Assembly: GCA_963702025.1 (NCBI GenBank)
Contig: OY969699.1
Location: 512,001 to 576,000, forward strand
Reading direction: 5' to 3'
Length of the DNA stretch: 64,000 nt
From: an uncultured bacterium
GTDB taxonomy: Bacteria > Babelota > Babeliae > Babelales > Vermiphilaceae
The first letter of the stretch is position 1; each line of letters starts with the position of its first letter. Position numbers and translations under genes: made by a program. Positions 30,611 through 40,322 of the stretch are shown in pieces. A model generated the notes under the pieces. That model ran no database searches, was not told where the DNA came from, and saw only the letters and a list, made by a program, of their open reading frames with translations.

Positions 30611-30820
30611 TTACGCTTGGTTAAATACGCGGTCCATAATTTTAACCGGGAATTGCGCTACTTGCGACATTCCTTTAAATGTAGCTGATGCTGCATCGAA
30701 AGGGAAAGAAGCTGCTTGCAAGAGCAATGGCTTTTGAGCCGGTTTGCTTTGCTTTGCATCAACTAATGTGCAAACTACCGCAATTACTGCTGCGCTGAGT
30801 AAAAGTGATTTAAAATTCAT
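30611..30820 (-). CDS. Small secreted protein
   Basis: GGAGG RBS, VDA signal cleavage site. Confidence 0.65.
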   Translation of the reverse strand: MNFKSLLLSAAVIAVVCTLVDAKQSKPAQKPLLLQAASFPFDAASATFKGMSQVAQFPVKIMDRVFNQA

Positions 30821-30988
30821 AGAGTAAACCTCCATTATTGGTTATTAGTACTACAACTGTCTTTAATATAGCTTCAAATTTGACATGATCAGGTTCAAAA
30901 TTCAAGCTATAATTTCATAATAGCAAATATTTATTAAATGTAAAGGGGCCAATTTTAAACCTGAAAAAGGCTAAATACCCCTCTTAAG

Positions 30989-31572
30989 TCAAAAATTACG
31001 CAATATATAGCTGGCCCTCGCCTCATATTCAGCCTGGGCTTTTGCTACTGTCTCAGGTTTGGTGTGTGGCTTTAAACAGCGAGCAATGTTCAGGTTGTCA
31101 TGCTCACAGGCAACTTCATAGGGTGTTTTGCCATTCTTATTGCGGGAATTGGCATTAGCGCCGGCTGCCAGAAGCTTTTTAGTACGTTGGGATCATCAAA
31201 GCTTCTTGAAGCAGCCAATGTTAAAGGCGTTTCATATTTAATATCATAGTAAAGCTGTTCGGGATTCTGCCAATAATTAGGACTGACCCTTGCTTTTAAA
31301 AGTTCCTCAACAATGCTTGCATATCCTTTCTCTATGGCTATGGCCAAGGGGGTTTTGGCAAGGAAGTTGACATCAGGATCAATCTTTGCCTCAATACACT
31401 CCTTGATTTTTTTTAAATCTGCATTTTCTGCTGCGCGCCAGACATCAACCGGATCAAGAGGTTTTATTACGGCATTGCGCTTTTCTTTATCCTTATTTCC
31501 ATCGAAATTTTTTGATATCTCCATACCAAAAGCGGGCGTGCAGAGCAGTAATAATAGATATTTTCTGTTCAT
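30989..31572 (-). pseudogene. Secreted ankyrin protein, frameshifted in an A5 run near 31178
   Basis: After ..DPNVLK the -1 frame gives KLLAAGANANSRNKNGKTPYEVACEHDNLNIARCL... to TGA at 30989. Confidence 0.78.
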
Positions 31573-31581
31573 ATTTATTCC

Positions 31582-31884
31582 TTATACGCTAAAACCAAAT
31601 CCAGCTCCGCCTGTTCCGAATGAAAATCCAAAACGAGGTCGTTCTACCGGTACCTCATACACAACCGGAGCAACGGGTGCGCAACAATAGCTGCACGGCG
31701 CCGCATAATAGTAGGGCCGATACACAACAGGCGCATATGCCGGTCTGCCAACGCTAAAGCCGAAGCTTACGCGCGGGCCACCATGATGGTGTCGGCGAAA
31801 ATGCGGTCGTGCGCTCATTACTGAGCCGGTTAATCCAAGAGCCATAAGGCCGGTCACAAGATATTTAACACAAATAGTATTCAT
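31582..31884 (-). CDS. Secreted Gly/Tyr/Pro-rich small protein
   Basis: GGAGG RBS, signal peptide, HHHGG..SFGFSVG and C-terminal FGFSFG..FGFSV. Confidence 0.7.
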   Translation of the reverse strand: MNTICVKYLVTGLMALGLTGSVMSARPHFRRHHHGGPRVSFGFSVGRPAYAPVVYRPYYYAAPCSYCCAPVAPVVYEVPVERPRFGFSFGTGGAGFGFSV

Positions 31885-31912
31885 AAGATTTCCTCCAAAT
31901 AATTAATTAACA

Positions 31913-32800
31913 TTAAACTAATTTTTCTTTTTTAAATGTTTTTTTATACGTTTCAATAAATTTTACGCAATTTCTCGCCTTATTAAAAAGAGCATGAGAA
32001 AGAGCGGTTCGGCGTACTAGCGGCATTCCTGGTCTATAACGAATTGAACCACCAACCGCATCCAAATCCGCACCATAGCCTAAAAGGATTTCCGCGGCTT
32101 CAACGTTATCGTCTGCACATGCATACATTAAAGGGGTAGTTTTAGATTCACCAATGCCATTCTGGCTCGCCTTATGATCCAGCAAAAGTGATAGCATCCT
32201 TTGATCATCATTATCGATCGCTATAAATAATGCATTTTGACTAATTTTATTTACCTCGTTGATATCCGCAACAGAACGATCAAGCATATCTTTTACTAAT
32301 GCATATTCTTTGTTTTTTATCAGATTCATCAATAATGTGTTGCCTTTGTCATCCCGTACACTGCGAATTTGAGGTACCTTTTTAAGAAAATCTACGATCT
32401 CTGATTTTTTACCTTTGCGTGCTTTTTTAACTAACCATGAAATGGTTGAATCGCAATCGGACTGTTTAGCAAAAAAGTTTTCAAACCATTCTTTTGCGCC
32501 TTTGGTACTTACTTGGTAAGCAACCTCTTCTATGCAATCAGCGGGGCAATATTTAAAAAGATAATTGATGAGAGCGCGCGTAGATTCCGTGTCATTGTAA
32601 AGTGCATTAGTATCTTTAGACACGCAAGCAAGTGCTCTAAAATCTTTACCTATGGATTTTAGATCTCTACCTTTGACAAGATAATGCTCAATACTTGGGC
32701 CTTCCAGTCTCTTTTTAAATTCTTCGTATTTTTTTTCCATGCCATGTGCAAATGGTATTAACACTGAGCAGGCAATTAAACTAATTCGTTTCAAATTCAT
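31913..32800 (-). CDS. Secreted ankyrin-repeat protein
   Basis: GNTLLM, NALFIAI, TPLMYAC repeats; signal peptide ..AHGMEK. Confidence 0.85.
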   Translation of the reverse strand: MNLKRISLIACSVLIPFAHGMEKKYEEFKKRLEGPSIEHYLVKGRDLKSIGKDFRALACVSKDTNALYNDTESTRALINYLFKYCPADCIEEVAYQVSTKGAKEWFENFFAKQSDCDSTISWLVKKARKGKKSEIVDFLKKVPQIRSVRDDKGNTLLMNLIKNKEYALVKDMLDRSVADINEVNKISQNALFIAIDNDDQRMLSLLLDHKASQNGIGESKTTPLMYACADDNVEAAEILLGYGADLDAVGGSIRYRPGMPLVRRTALSHALFNKARNCVKFIETYKKTFKKEKLV

Positions 32801-32814
32801 TATATTTTCCTCCA

Positions 32815-34560
32815 TTATTCATTAATTAATTCTTCCAAAGTTACGTGCCATGCTTCATTATTCAGATACTCGTTAAGCAATTGCTCGGGAGATCTTTCTT
32901 CAATGCAACGGTGGTAACATACCTTGTTTTCCGGATCGATTGCATAGCCGTAAATTACAAAAGTTTTTTGTCCATTTTTTTCAATATGGCCGGGCAATGC
33001 GATAAACCAGGTATCTTTGCCATTTTTATCTTTTATAATTTGGCATGATCCATATTCACGAGCGAATTTATCAATATCGATGCTAAAGCCATGATACGCG
33101 GCTGCTGTATCATGAAACTTATATTTTGGATTATTCGGATCATTATATCCTTGATTTTGTAATGCCAGTTTTGCATCTTTAAACCATGCAAAATTACGAG
33201 CATGATAGGCAAAATCAGGAATTTTATTTTTTTGTTTTACTGATAAATAAGCATACAAGTTTATATTATGCATGGGATCGTGGATGCATTGAATGTTTGT
33301 TTGAACAATCTTCTTTTTAGGTTCTTTTAGTTGCCCAATTTTTATTGGTTCAGTTACTGTCTGCACAGCTGGTGCAGTGAAGGATTGTTGTTGTTTTTTT
33401 TCTGGTTTTTTTCGACTATTTTTTTTCTTGCCTTTTGATTTTTTGATAGACGTAGCACTCCCACTTTCTTCTTTTTGTATTATTGAAGTAACTTTTTCTT
33501 TATTTTCTTCAAGAGATTCTAAAGGTGAAAAGTTGTTTGGCAGATTTTGCTGTCCATTGAGCGAAGGATAAATTTTTTTGTTAAGCTCCAATAGAAGTCT
33601 CATGCCATCCTTTGCTAATTTTATATTCCCTATCTTTTGATGCAATTTTGTATTTAATTCTTCTTTCATCGCGCGATATAAATTGGCTATTTTGGGTCTT
33701 TCTTTTACATATTCATCATAAAATTCACTTACCCTCTGTTTGCTTTCTTCATCCCATTTTTCTTGATCTGTTATAATGGGAACCTTATTGAACGTTGTCA
33801 AAAACTTGGATGAAGAAATATTTTTAAGCCTATTTTTTTCCGTTTCTGGGATGGAAAAAGGCACAGGCGAATTAGTGATTTTTACATAGTGATTAATTAA
33901 TGGGTTAAGTCCATCATGTTCCATATTGTTTTTTTTGTTTTCAATAATGGACACAAATGATTTATCAGAGAATAAAGCCCCGGCGAAATGACTATAATTT
34001 TCTTGAAGTCTATTTAATTCTTCATAATTATTGAAATAGTCTTGATAAGTAGTAAAAGCTGTTGCTATTTTTTTTGCCGCTGGAGTATTAACAATATCTA
34101 AATGAGCTATTATGCTACTTAATGATGAGGGATTTTTAATAAAGCTACTAATTGATTCCAAAGCCAATGAAATATATTCGGGTTCCTGCAGTGATTCCTT
34201 GTCTTGGCAAAAGTATCCGAATATATATTTTTCATATCTTTTCTCAGTACTAATCGATTGATTTGCATATGTTTCATTAATCGCTTTAATATGATTTGGT
34301 GCAATATCATTGATTTGAGATTTCATCTTATCACCTAATGATGTAGTTTTCTTAGAAAAAAAATAATATTCATCTTGTGCCGCAAGAAAATTTGTCTGCG
34401 TAACAAGATGAGCTATATATGTATCTAAATCATTTTTTTTGTATCCAATTATTTCCTGAATATCTTTTTGGGAATATGTTTTGGCCTCTGGCTTTTCCAT
34501 GCCAAAAGCTGGTGCGCCTAAAAGGGCGCCTAAAATAAGGGTATATTTGATACTTTTCAT
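32815..34560 (-). CDS. Large secreted hypothetical protein with basic patch
   Basis: GGAGG RBS, signal peptide ..AFGMEK, KKSKGKKKNSRKK, C-terminal CYHR. Confidence 0.75.
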   Translation of the reverse strand: MKSIKYTLILGALLGAPAFGMEKPEAKTYSQKDIQEIIGYKKNDLDTYIAHLVTQTNFLAAQDEYYFFSKKTTSLGDKMKSQINDIAPNHIKAINETYANQSISTEKRYEKYIFGYFCQDKESLQEPEYISLALESISSFIKNPSSLSSIIAHLDIVNTPAAKKIATAFTTYQDYFNNYEELNRLQENYSHFAGALFSDKSFVSIIENKKNNMEHDGLNPLINHYVKITNSPVPFSIPETEKNRLKNISSSKFLTTFNKVPIITDQEKWDEESKQRVSEFYDEYVKERPKIANLYRAMKEELNTKLHQKIGNIKLAKDGMRLLLELNKKIYPSLNGQQNLPNNFSPLESLEENKEKVTSIIQKEESGSATSIKKSKGKKKNSRKKPEKKQQQSFTAPAVQTVTEPIKIGQLKEPKKKIVQTNIQCIHDPMHNINLYAYLSVKQKNKIPDFAYHARNFAWFKDAKLALQNQGYNDPNNPKYKFHDTAAAYHGFSIDIDKFAREYGSCQIIKDKNGKDTWFIALPGHIEKNGQKTFVIYGYAIDPENKVCYHRCIEERSPEQLLNEYLNNEAWHVTLEELINE

Positions 34561-34652
34561 AAAATCCTCCATTTTCGTCAAAAACAGTATTTATTATTTA
34601 ATAATAGCAAATATTTTCTAATTGTAAAGTGGGGATTTTATAGGTAAATCAG

Positions 34653-34678
34653 AAAAAAAGGGGTCATTTTAGGACCCC
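34653..34678 (-). terminator. Terminator
   Basis: aaaaaaa-ggggtc-attttag-gacccc. Confidence 0.65.
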
Positions 34679-34698
34679 TCCATATGATAAGTTATTGA

Positions 34699-35331
34699 TT
34701 AGAATTTCGGCAAAATAGGCTGGTTTTCGCCCTTATTATAGCCCTTAGGCTGGAATTTTACTGGTTTAGGTTCAACACGATAACGAATATCGCCCTGAAT
34801 ATTGATAAATACCTCGATACTATGCTCATCGCTGTTAAAAAGCTCGAATCTACGTGCAGGGGCCTGAACCCTGAAGGTATAGCTTTCCCCACGCCCTATA
34901 TTAACAACGTCTCCGGCAGGAATATCCTTGCTTTCGCCACCTTCTAGGCCTTGAACAGTGATAGTATTATTTGTTTTATTGCGAATTGCCCAATATCGAA
35001 CTCCTTTGGTGTCCCACCACATACCTTTATAGAGATATCCCCTAAATTGAGAATCATTGCGGGGTCCACAAGGGGGCAGGTACCAGAAATCTATTTTCGT
35101 GTTGTCTTTAAATGAGTCATAATCGCCGGGCAAAGGGCGAGGAAATGGGCCACAATAAGGATAGCTATTACAAAAACAGGGAGCGCATGCTGATACGCAC
35201 GGGGTGCATTTTGAGATGCAGGTTCTATTATTGCAGACTGTATTACGATAACGGGTTGCATGAATCATTGATGAGGTACCAATTATACTGATTAGTATCA
35301 TAAATCGGATTATGTTTTTTTTCATCCTCAT
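34699..35331 (-). CDS. Secreted Cys-rich hypothetical protein
   Basis: IHA signal cleavage site, Cys-rich N-terminal region. Confidence 0.65.
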   Translation of the reverse strand: MRMKKNIIRFMILISIIGTSSMIHATRYRNTVCNNRTCISKCTPCVSACAPCFCNSYPYCGPFPRPLPGDYDSFKDNTKIDFWYLPPCGPRNDSQFRGYLYKGMWWDTKGVRYWAIRNKTNNTITVQGLEGGESKDIPAGDVVNIGRGESYTFRVQAPARRFELFNSDEHSIEVFINIQGDIRYRVEPKPVKFQPKGYNKGENQPILPKF

Positions 35332-35335
35332 TCCT

Positions 35336-35361
35336 TAGGGTGGCTCTTTATAGCCACCCTA
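35336..35361. terminator. Intergenic hairpin
   Basis: tagggtggct-cttt-atagccacccta. Confidence 0.55.
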
Positions 35362-35374
35362 TTTAACTATTTTT

Positions 35375-35650
35375 TTATCGTGGCGAGTTGTATACCTCTC
35401 GCTCAAATCCTGAAGTGTTTGGTTGTTCAGAGATTTCGGTTAAATTCGGCTTAACTCGGTAATCGGCGCCCATATCATATCGTATCCAAGCGCCCGGATC
35501 CACTTTGTTTGACCAGTAGAATTCCGGCATTGTATCACTTGATCGCTCAAAGCATTCACCATTAGGGCAATTTTCATATTCCATAGCGTTGCTTAGGAGC
35601 GATACCGACAGGAAGGCCAATAAGAGCGTTAAAGATATGCCCTTATTCAT
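35375..35650 (-). CDS. Small secreted protein
   Basis: Signal peptide ..SNAMEY; overlaps the stop of the upstream gene. Confidence 0.65.
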   Translation of the reverse strand: MNKGISLTLLLAFLSVSLLSNAMEYENCPNGECFERSSDTMPEFYWSNKVDPGAWIRYDMGADYRVKPNLTEISEQPNTSGFEREVYNSPR

Positions 35651-35984
35651 TGATAACTCTTACAGCTGGTTGGTTATCATCGTAGTAGTCATCGTAGCCA
35701 TCATCTATTATTTCGTCAGCAATTATGCCGCCGGCCAATGCGCCACCATAGTAGCCACCGTAGCCACCACCGCGATAGTAGCCGCCACGTCCATAACCAC
35801 CATAGCCGCCGCGATTAAAGCCACCGCCATGACCAAAACCGCCATGCCCGCCACCAAAACCGCCATGTCCGCCGCCAAAATGTCCACCGCCGCCGTGTCC
35901 ACCGCCACCACGTGCAACAACCATACTGCTCATGCCCGCAACAAGTGCAAGCATCACTATCATTAATACTTTATTATTCTTCAT
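35643..35984 (-). CDS. Secreted glycine-rich protein (GGH/RGGY repeats, acidic tail)
   Basis: AGGAG RBS, signal peptide, low-complexity repeats. Confidence 0.75.
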   Translation of the reverse strand: MKNNKVLMIVMLALVAGMSSMVVARGGGGHGGGGHFGGGHGGFGGGHGGFGHGGGFNRGGYGGYGRGGYYRGGGYGGYYGGALAGGIIADEIIDDGYDDYYDDNQPAVRVINE

Positions 35985-36018
35985 TTTAGTTCTCCTTTTT
36001 CTTTTTTTTATTTAACAA

Positions 36019-36558
36019 TTAATCACTTATTCCGTCCGTGGTACCTTCTTCTGCGAGAATTTCTTGGTACTCAGGCGCTCCATATTGGTAGTAATAATCA
36101 GGGTAATTAGTTAACCACCATGAAACCGGGTAACCTGCTAATAGCCAAGCGCCGCCAAGGAAAGCCCATCCCCATCCATATCCCCAACCTGCAGGGAATC
36201 CACCCCATCCAGCTGGACCACGACCTGCGTGATTAAAGCGCCCGTTACGAGCTCTGTTGCCACGATTTCCGCGATTTCCTCTGTTGCCACGATTGGCACG
36301 ATTTTTACCCGCATTACTTCTACGGCTTTGTGTTCTGCCACCCGTTCTTCTGCTGCCTCGTGCTGAATGGCTTCCCATACGTCGTGCGCCGCCTCTGCGA
36401 GCGCCACCTCGGCCGCCGGCACGCATGCCGCCTCGGCCGCCACCACGACCTCCACCTCTACCGCCGCCGCCATGTCCACCGCCACCTCGTGCATCAAGCA
36501 AGCTGCATGATGCGATGAACATCATAAATGCTATAATTTTTCTCATTCTTGGATTCAT
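36019..36558 (-). CDS. Secreted RGG/NRG-repeat protein with Trp/Tyr-rich C-terminal domain
   Basis: AGGAG RBS, LDA signal cleavage site, RGG repeats. Confidence 0.75.
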   Translation of the reverse strand: MNPRMRKIIAFMMFIASCSLLDARGGGGHGGGGRGGGRGGGRGGMRAGGRGGARRGGARRMGSHSARGSRRTGGRTQSRRSNAGKNRANRGNRGNRGNRGNRARNGRFNHAGRGPAGWGGFPAGWGYGWGWAFLGGAWLLAGYPVSWWLTNYPDYYYQYGAPEYQEILAEEGTTDGISD

Positions 36559-36736
36559 GAATTTTTCTCCTTTTTTCAAATAAACACTTTATGAAATCGA
36601 TTACTCCTCATTAAATTTATAATAGCAATTATTAAGCCTGAAATTCAAGGGTTTTGACATCTTTTATTTAAGGGTAAAATATGGTAGTTTTTAGGGGTCT
36701 TTTCAGGTAAAAAGCAACATTTTTAAGGAGATTTTT

Positions 36737-37408
36737 ATGAATCCTAAGGTAAAGTTATTTTTGTTTGGAGCATGCATAGGCCTAGGTAGCTTGATTTACG
36801 CCCAAATTCCGGTCAAAAAGGCCCTTAAAACTGGCAGAAACACTAGTATTAACGGGGTAGATTCAGTTTTTATTGAACGCTGGTCGCCAAGAGCGATGGC
36901 GGGCAAAGCTATCTGTGATCAGGATTTGATGGCTCTTTTTGAGGCTGCGCGCTGGGCTCCCTCTTCATATAACGAGCAGCCTTGGCGATTTATTTATGCA
37001 AAACGAGGAACTCCTGCTTGGGATAGGCTGTTTAATTTATTGGTCCCTTTTAACCAAGAATGGTGTAAAAATGGTGCAGCATTAGTAGTCATGATATCCA
37101 AAAAAACAGCTTCGCGAGGCGGGCTCAACCAGTTGCATTCATTCGACACCGGATCTGCGTGGGAAAATCTTGCATTGCAAGGATCATTCAAGGGTTTAGT
37201 GGTTCATGGCATGGGCGGATTTGATTATGAAAAGGCGCGCGCCGTTCTTGGAATTCCCAGCGATTACGCTGTTGAGGCGATGTGTGTGATTGGCCATCCG
37301 GCACCCGCAGATGTTTTGCCCGATTATTTGCGCGAAATGGAAAAGCCATCGGATAGAAAATCACTTGATCAGATTGTGGCTGAAGGCAGTTTTGCTTTTA
37401 AGGAATAA
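36737..37408 (+). CDS. Nitroreductase family protein
   Basis: RWSPRA, AARWAPSSYNEQPW, DTGSAW, HGMGGF motifs. Confidence 0.9.
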   Translation: MNPKVKLFLFGACIGLGSLIYAQIPVKKALKTGRNTSINGVDSVFIERWSPRAMAGKAICDQDLMALFEAARWAPSSYNEQPWRFIYAKRGTPAWDRLFNLLVPFNQEWCKNGAALVVMISKKTASRGGLNQLHSFDTGSAWENLALQGSFKGLVVHGMGGFDYEKARAVLGIPSDYAVEAMCVIGHPAPADVLPDYLREMEKPSDRKSLDQIVAEGSFAFKE

Positions 37409-37467
37409 AAGGTTCCTAAATGCTAATTCGAGCTAAAAACTAAGAAAAAAACGCAAATTGAAAAAGG

Positions 37468-37652
37468 CCGCTCGTGGTGAGTGCGAGCCCTTCGACCTTG
37501 CTCAGGACAGGCTCCGCGAGCGTACCCGTCCGCCGAAGCTTTAGCGTAGGCTGGATCGAACCATGCGGCCTTAAAAAGAAATTTTGTTGATGAATATTTA
37601 TTAAACCCGCATGGTTCGATACGCAGCCTGCGGCTGCACTCACCACGAGCGG
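37468..37652. repeat. Palindromic element pair with nested sub-elements
   Basis: ccgctcgtggtgagtgc..tcgaaccatgcgg inverted against ccgcatggttcgatac..gcactcaccacgagcgg. Confidence 0.88.
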
Positions 37653-37692
37653 GTTTTATGATTAACTTTTCAATTCTTAAGTTCGAAGTAAC

Positions 37693-38220
37693 TTACTTAC
37701 TCTGCAATTCCCGCACAATTGCATCAGCAAAATCATTGGCAGCACTTGGATCGGTCGCGGTAATAAAACCTTGATCTATCACCACCGGCGCGCTCTCATA
37801 GATCACGCCGTATTCATCATAGATTTCACCCAGTTCATCGTCGCCGTTCCAACCGGTTGCCGCAATGCCATCCAAAACACTTGCGTGTGCCAAAATTCGT
37901 GTCGCTATGCAAATAGCAGCAACCAGTTTGCCAAGATCAACTGCTTCGGTTATCAATTGATAGCTTATTTGGTTGTCTAAATTATCGAGAGTGCCTGGTC
38001 CGCCGACAAAAATTATTGCATCATAATCGCCGGCAATTACTTGTTCCACGGTGAGATCAACTTTTGTGGTGCTTTTATCTTTTGCAGTTGCCGTGCCGGG
38101 TTTATTGCTGGCAGTCACCACGAGAAAGCCGGCCTGCGTTAATGCTTTTTTGGGAATCTGATATTCGATTTGTTGATATCCGTCATGGGCTACTACTATC
38201 AAAACTTTGCGATGAGCCAT
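37693..38220 (-). CDS. DJ-1/PfpI family protein
   Basis: IE, VGGPG, AAIC motifs. Confidence 0.88.
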   Translation of the reverse strand: MAHRKVLIVVAHDGYQQIEYQIPKKALTQAGFLVVTASNKPGTATAKDKSTTKVDLTVEQVIAGDYDAIIFVGGPGTLDNLDNQISYQLITEAVDLGKLVAAICIATRILAHASVLDGIAATGWNGDDELGEIYDEYGVIYESAPVVIDQGFITATDPSAANDFADAIVRELQSK

Positions 38221-38291
38221 AGTTATCCTTTTTTGTGAGTTCCTCGAATTATATTCTGCATAATAATCGCATAGAATTTACTGTCAACCAT

Positions 38292-38320
38292 AAAAAAGGG
38301 CCGATTAATATCAGCCCTTT
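38292..38320 (-). terminator. Terminator
   Basis: aaaaaa-gggccgat-taat-atcagccc-ttt. Confidence 0.65.
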
Positions 38321-38338
38321 CTTTCTTTAGGTTTTCAA

Positions 38339-38917
38339 CTATCTCTTCTTAATGAGCTTAGTAACTTCGTGAACTGGAACGCCTGCTTTAGTTGCTTCAG
38401 GACGAACTACGTCTCTATAATAAGCCGGATAATTTTCTTTCCACCAATTGAGATCATAACCGGCAAAGAGCCATTGACCATTTACCCATTTACCTACCCA
38501 ACCGTATGTCCAGTTTGCAGGGAAGTTATGTTTTTCAAAGAATTCTGCAGGTCCACGGTGATGCACTTCTCCAGCTACCGCTTTTGTAGTCACTGCGCTT
38601 GCTGCTGTCGCGCCACCAAGTCCGAGCCATTTTGACCAGCCAGCTTTAGTGGTTCCCGTTTGGGCTACCGGGGTGGCCTGTGTTCTTGGTGTATATTGTT
38701 TTACTGTTGTCGGTGCTTGTTTTGCATGAGATTTTGTGTAGTGATGTTTTTTGTCTTTTGCATTGTGTTCGTGATCTTTTTTGTGCGCATGCTTTTTATG
38801 TTCATGCATTTTATCTTTTGCATGTTTTTTATGTTTTACCGGTTCCTCTTGCCCTTGCGTAGGCAAAACTGCGCCACCTGCGATTGCTAGAGCGCTTATT
38901 AATAATAACTTCTTCAT
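38339..38917 (-). CDS. Secreted His/Lys-rich protein with Trp/Tyr-rich C-terminal domain
   Basis: AAGGAG RBS, signal peptide, HKKHA repeats. Confidence 0.75.
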   Translation of the reverse strand: MKKLLLISALAIAGGAVLPTQGQEEPVKHKKHAKDKMHEHKKHAHKKDHEHNAKDKKHHYTKSHAKQAPTTVKQYTPRTQATPVAQTGTTKAGWSKWLGLGGATAASAVTTKAVAGEVHHRGPAEFFEKHNFPANWTYGWVGKWVNGQWLFAGYDLNWWKENYPAYYRDVVRPEATKAGVPVHEVTKLIKKR

Positions 38918-39109
38918 TTGTTCTCCTTTAGTTCTCTTATCTTTTGGGTTTATGATACTTATACTACAATTTCACAATAGCAATAAGTAGCAATAAAAAT
39001 CAATAGAATAATTGATTTTTATATCTTATTAATTGTTGACAGATAGAATCAGGATTCCTTATGCTTAAGATGTAGTAATTACCAAAAGTTGACCACAGGG
39101 GAAATAAAG

Positions 39110-39274
39110 ATGGCAAAAGCAAAAAAGCAGCGTAAAAAGACTGAGAAAAGAATTAAAAAAGTTTTATTTGATGAAGCACATCCAGTTGATGCAAAAACAG
39201 ACGCTCAAAAGAAAAAATATGCACGAGCTCTTCGGCGCAAGCGAGAAGAAGGATTTCCTCGCCGTTCGTCCTGA
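39110..39274 (+). CDS. Small very basic protein
   Basis: TTGACA-18-TATGCT promoter at 39036-39065, K/R-rich; stop codon lies inside a repeat. Confidence 0.55.
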   Translation: MAKAKKQRKKTEKRIKKVLFDEAHPVDAKTDAQKKKYARALRRKREEGFPRRSS

Positions 39275-39317
39275 GTAGCCCGTCGAAGTTTTAACGAAGG
39301 CTGGGCGTATCGAAGGA
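39262..39317 (+). repeat. Single palindromic element unit
   Basis: ccgttcgtcctgagtagcccgtcgaagttttaacgaaggctgggcgtatcgaagga. Confidence 0.8.
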
Positions 39318-40322
39318 TCAAAATTTACCGTTTTCAGGTTTTTTATAGCGCGCCGAATAGACTGTTACTGATTCATTGCCTAAGCTCGCAGTTACACAAA
39401 TTGCAGGGAAAGTAAAAGTGTCTTTACTAATAACCGTTTCTAAGGGTGTAAGTTGAATTGTAGCACTTTTTCCTAAAGAAATGGTTCGCTCATTCGCATA
39501 AATTCGAATCAGTTTGCATCCGGTGCGATTACACTGCTCCAGTAATTTTCTATAGCTGAACCACCAATAGCGGGGCAATGTGCCTTCCCACCAGACTAAA
39601 TAAATATTTTTTATCGTTATTTTTTCAAGCAGGCTAGTCAATGCATCAAAAATAATGCGATTCGGTTGAGCAATGATAAAATGATCAATGATGCTACAGC
39701 CATACTGTTTTGCCAAATGTGGCAATAATGTATATTCGCACCATGATGGCCCGGAAAGTCTTCTACCAATAACTCCTGGATCAATAATGCAGGTTTGCTT
39801 ATCCGTGTGTAGGATAGTTACTGCGCCATTATTGCAATCGAGTGTAGTAATAGCATCAGGTTGCTTATTGCACCAAGTGCCATAGGCAAAAATAATAGTT
39901 AAAAAGAGACCGTAACAAAGTATCGCAACAATGCGATGCTTGATAATTTTTGCATGCAATATTGCGAGCGCGCCCAGAGGGATAATAATGGCAACAAGGA
40001 GTGGTGGCATGGGAAGTGCCCACAACATGTGTGGCGTGCCCCAACTCATTGTTTTGAGCCAAAGATCGGTAACCCATTCAAGACACATAATTAAAATACC
40101 GTTAGGAACATGGAGTATTTCGAAGAAAAAAATAAGCGATGAGAAAAGTAAAAAAACAGATAAAAGCGGGCCAAAAAAGAAATTACCTGCAAAGGTGAGC
40201 AAAGAGATGGGCATGCCCCACGAGACCAAAATGGGCAGAGAAATCAGGGTAATAAAAAGTTGAATATGGACAAATTTGATGATATTTGTGCCGATTTTAT
40301 GCAGGTATTTTGCGAGTTTCAT
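39318..40322 (-). CDS. ComEC-like membrane protein fragment with degenerate MBL domain
   Basis: Q...TL..LP....WG..S......N....P TM pattern; LDCNNG / IIDPG / IDHFII remnants without HxHxDH. Confidence 0.6.
   Translation of the reverse strand: MKLAKYLHKIGTNIIKFVHIQLFITLISLPILVSWGMPISLLTFAGNFFFGPLLSVFLLFSSLIFFFEILHVPNGILIMCLEWVTDLWLKTMSWGTPHMLWALPMPPLLVAIIIPLGALAILHAKIIKHRIVAILCYGLFLTIIFAYGTWCNKQPDAITTLDCNNGAVTILHTDKQTCIIDPGVIGRRLSGPSWCEYTLLPHLAKQYGCSIIDHFIIAQPNRIIFDALTSLLEKITIKNIYLVWWEGTLPRYWWFSYRKLLEQCNRTGCKLIRIYANERTISLGKSATIQLTPLETVISKDTFTFPAICVTASLGNESVTVYSARYKKPENGKF

Noticed and set aside
35589..36583. Ala/Thr-rich and Pro/Arg-rich ORFs on the + strand and in alternate frames
   Set aside because: Shadow frames of the Gly-rich minus-strand genes, which have the RBSs and signal peptides.
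37440..37646. 68-aa ORF; also 12670-12909, 47340-47621 and 49815-50072
   Set aside because: Translations of palindromic repeats or antisense overlaps, with no RBS support.
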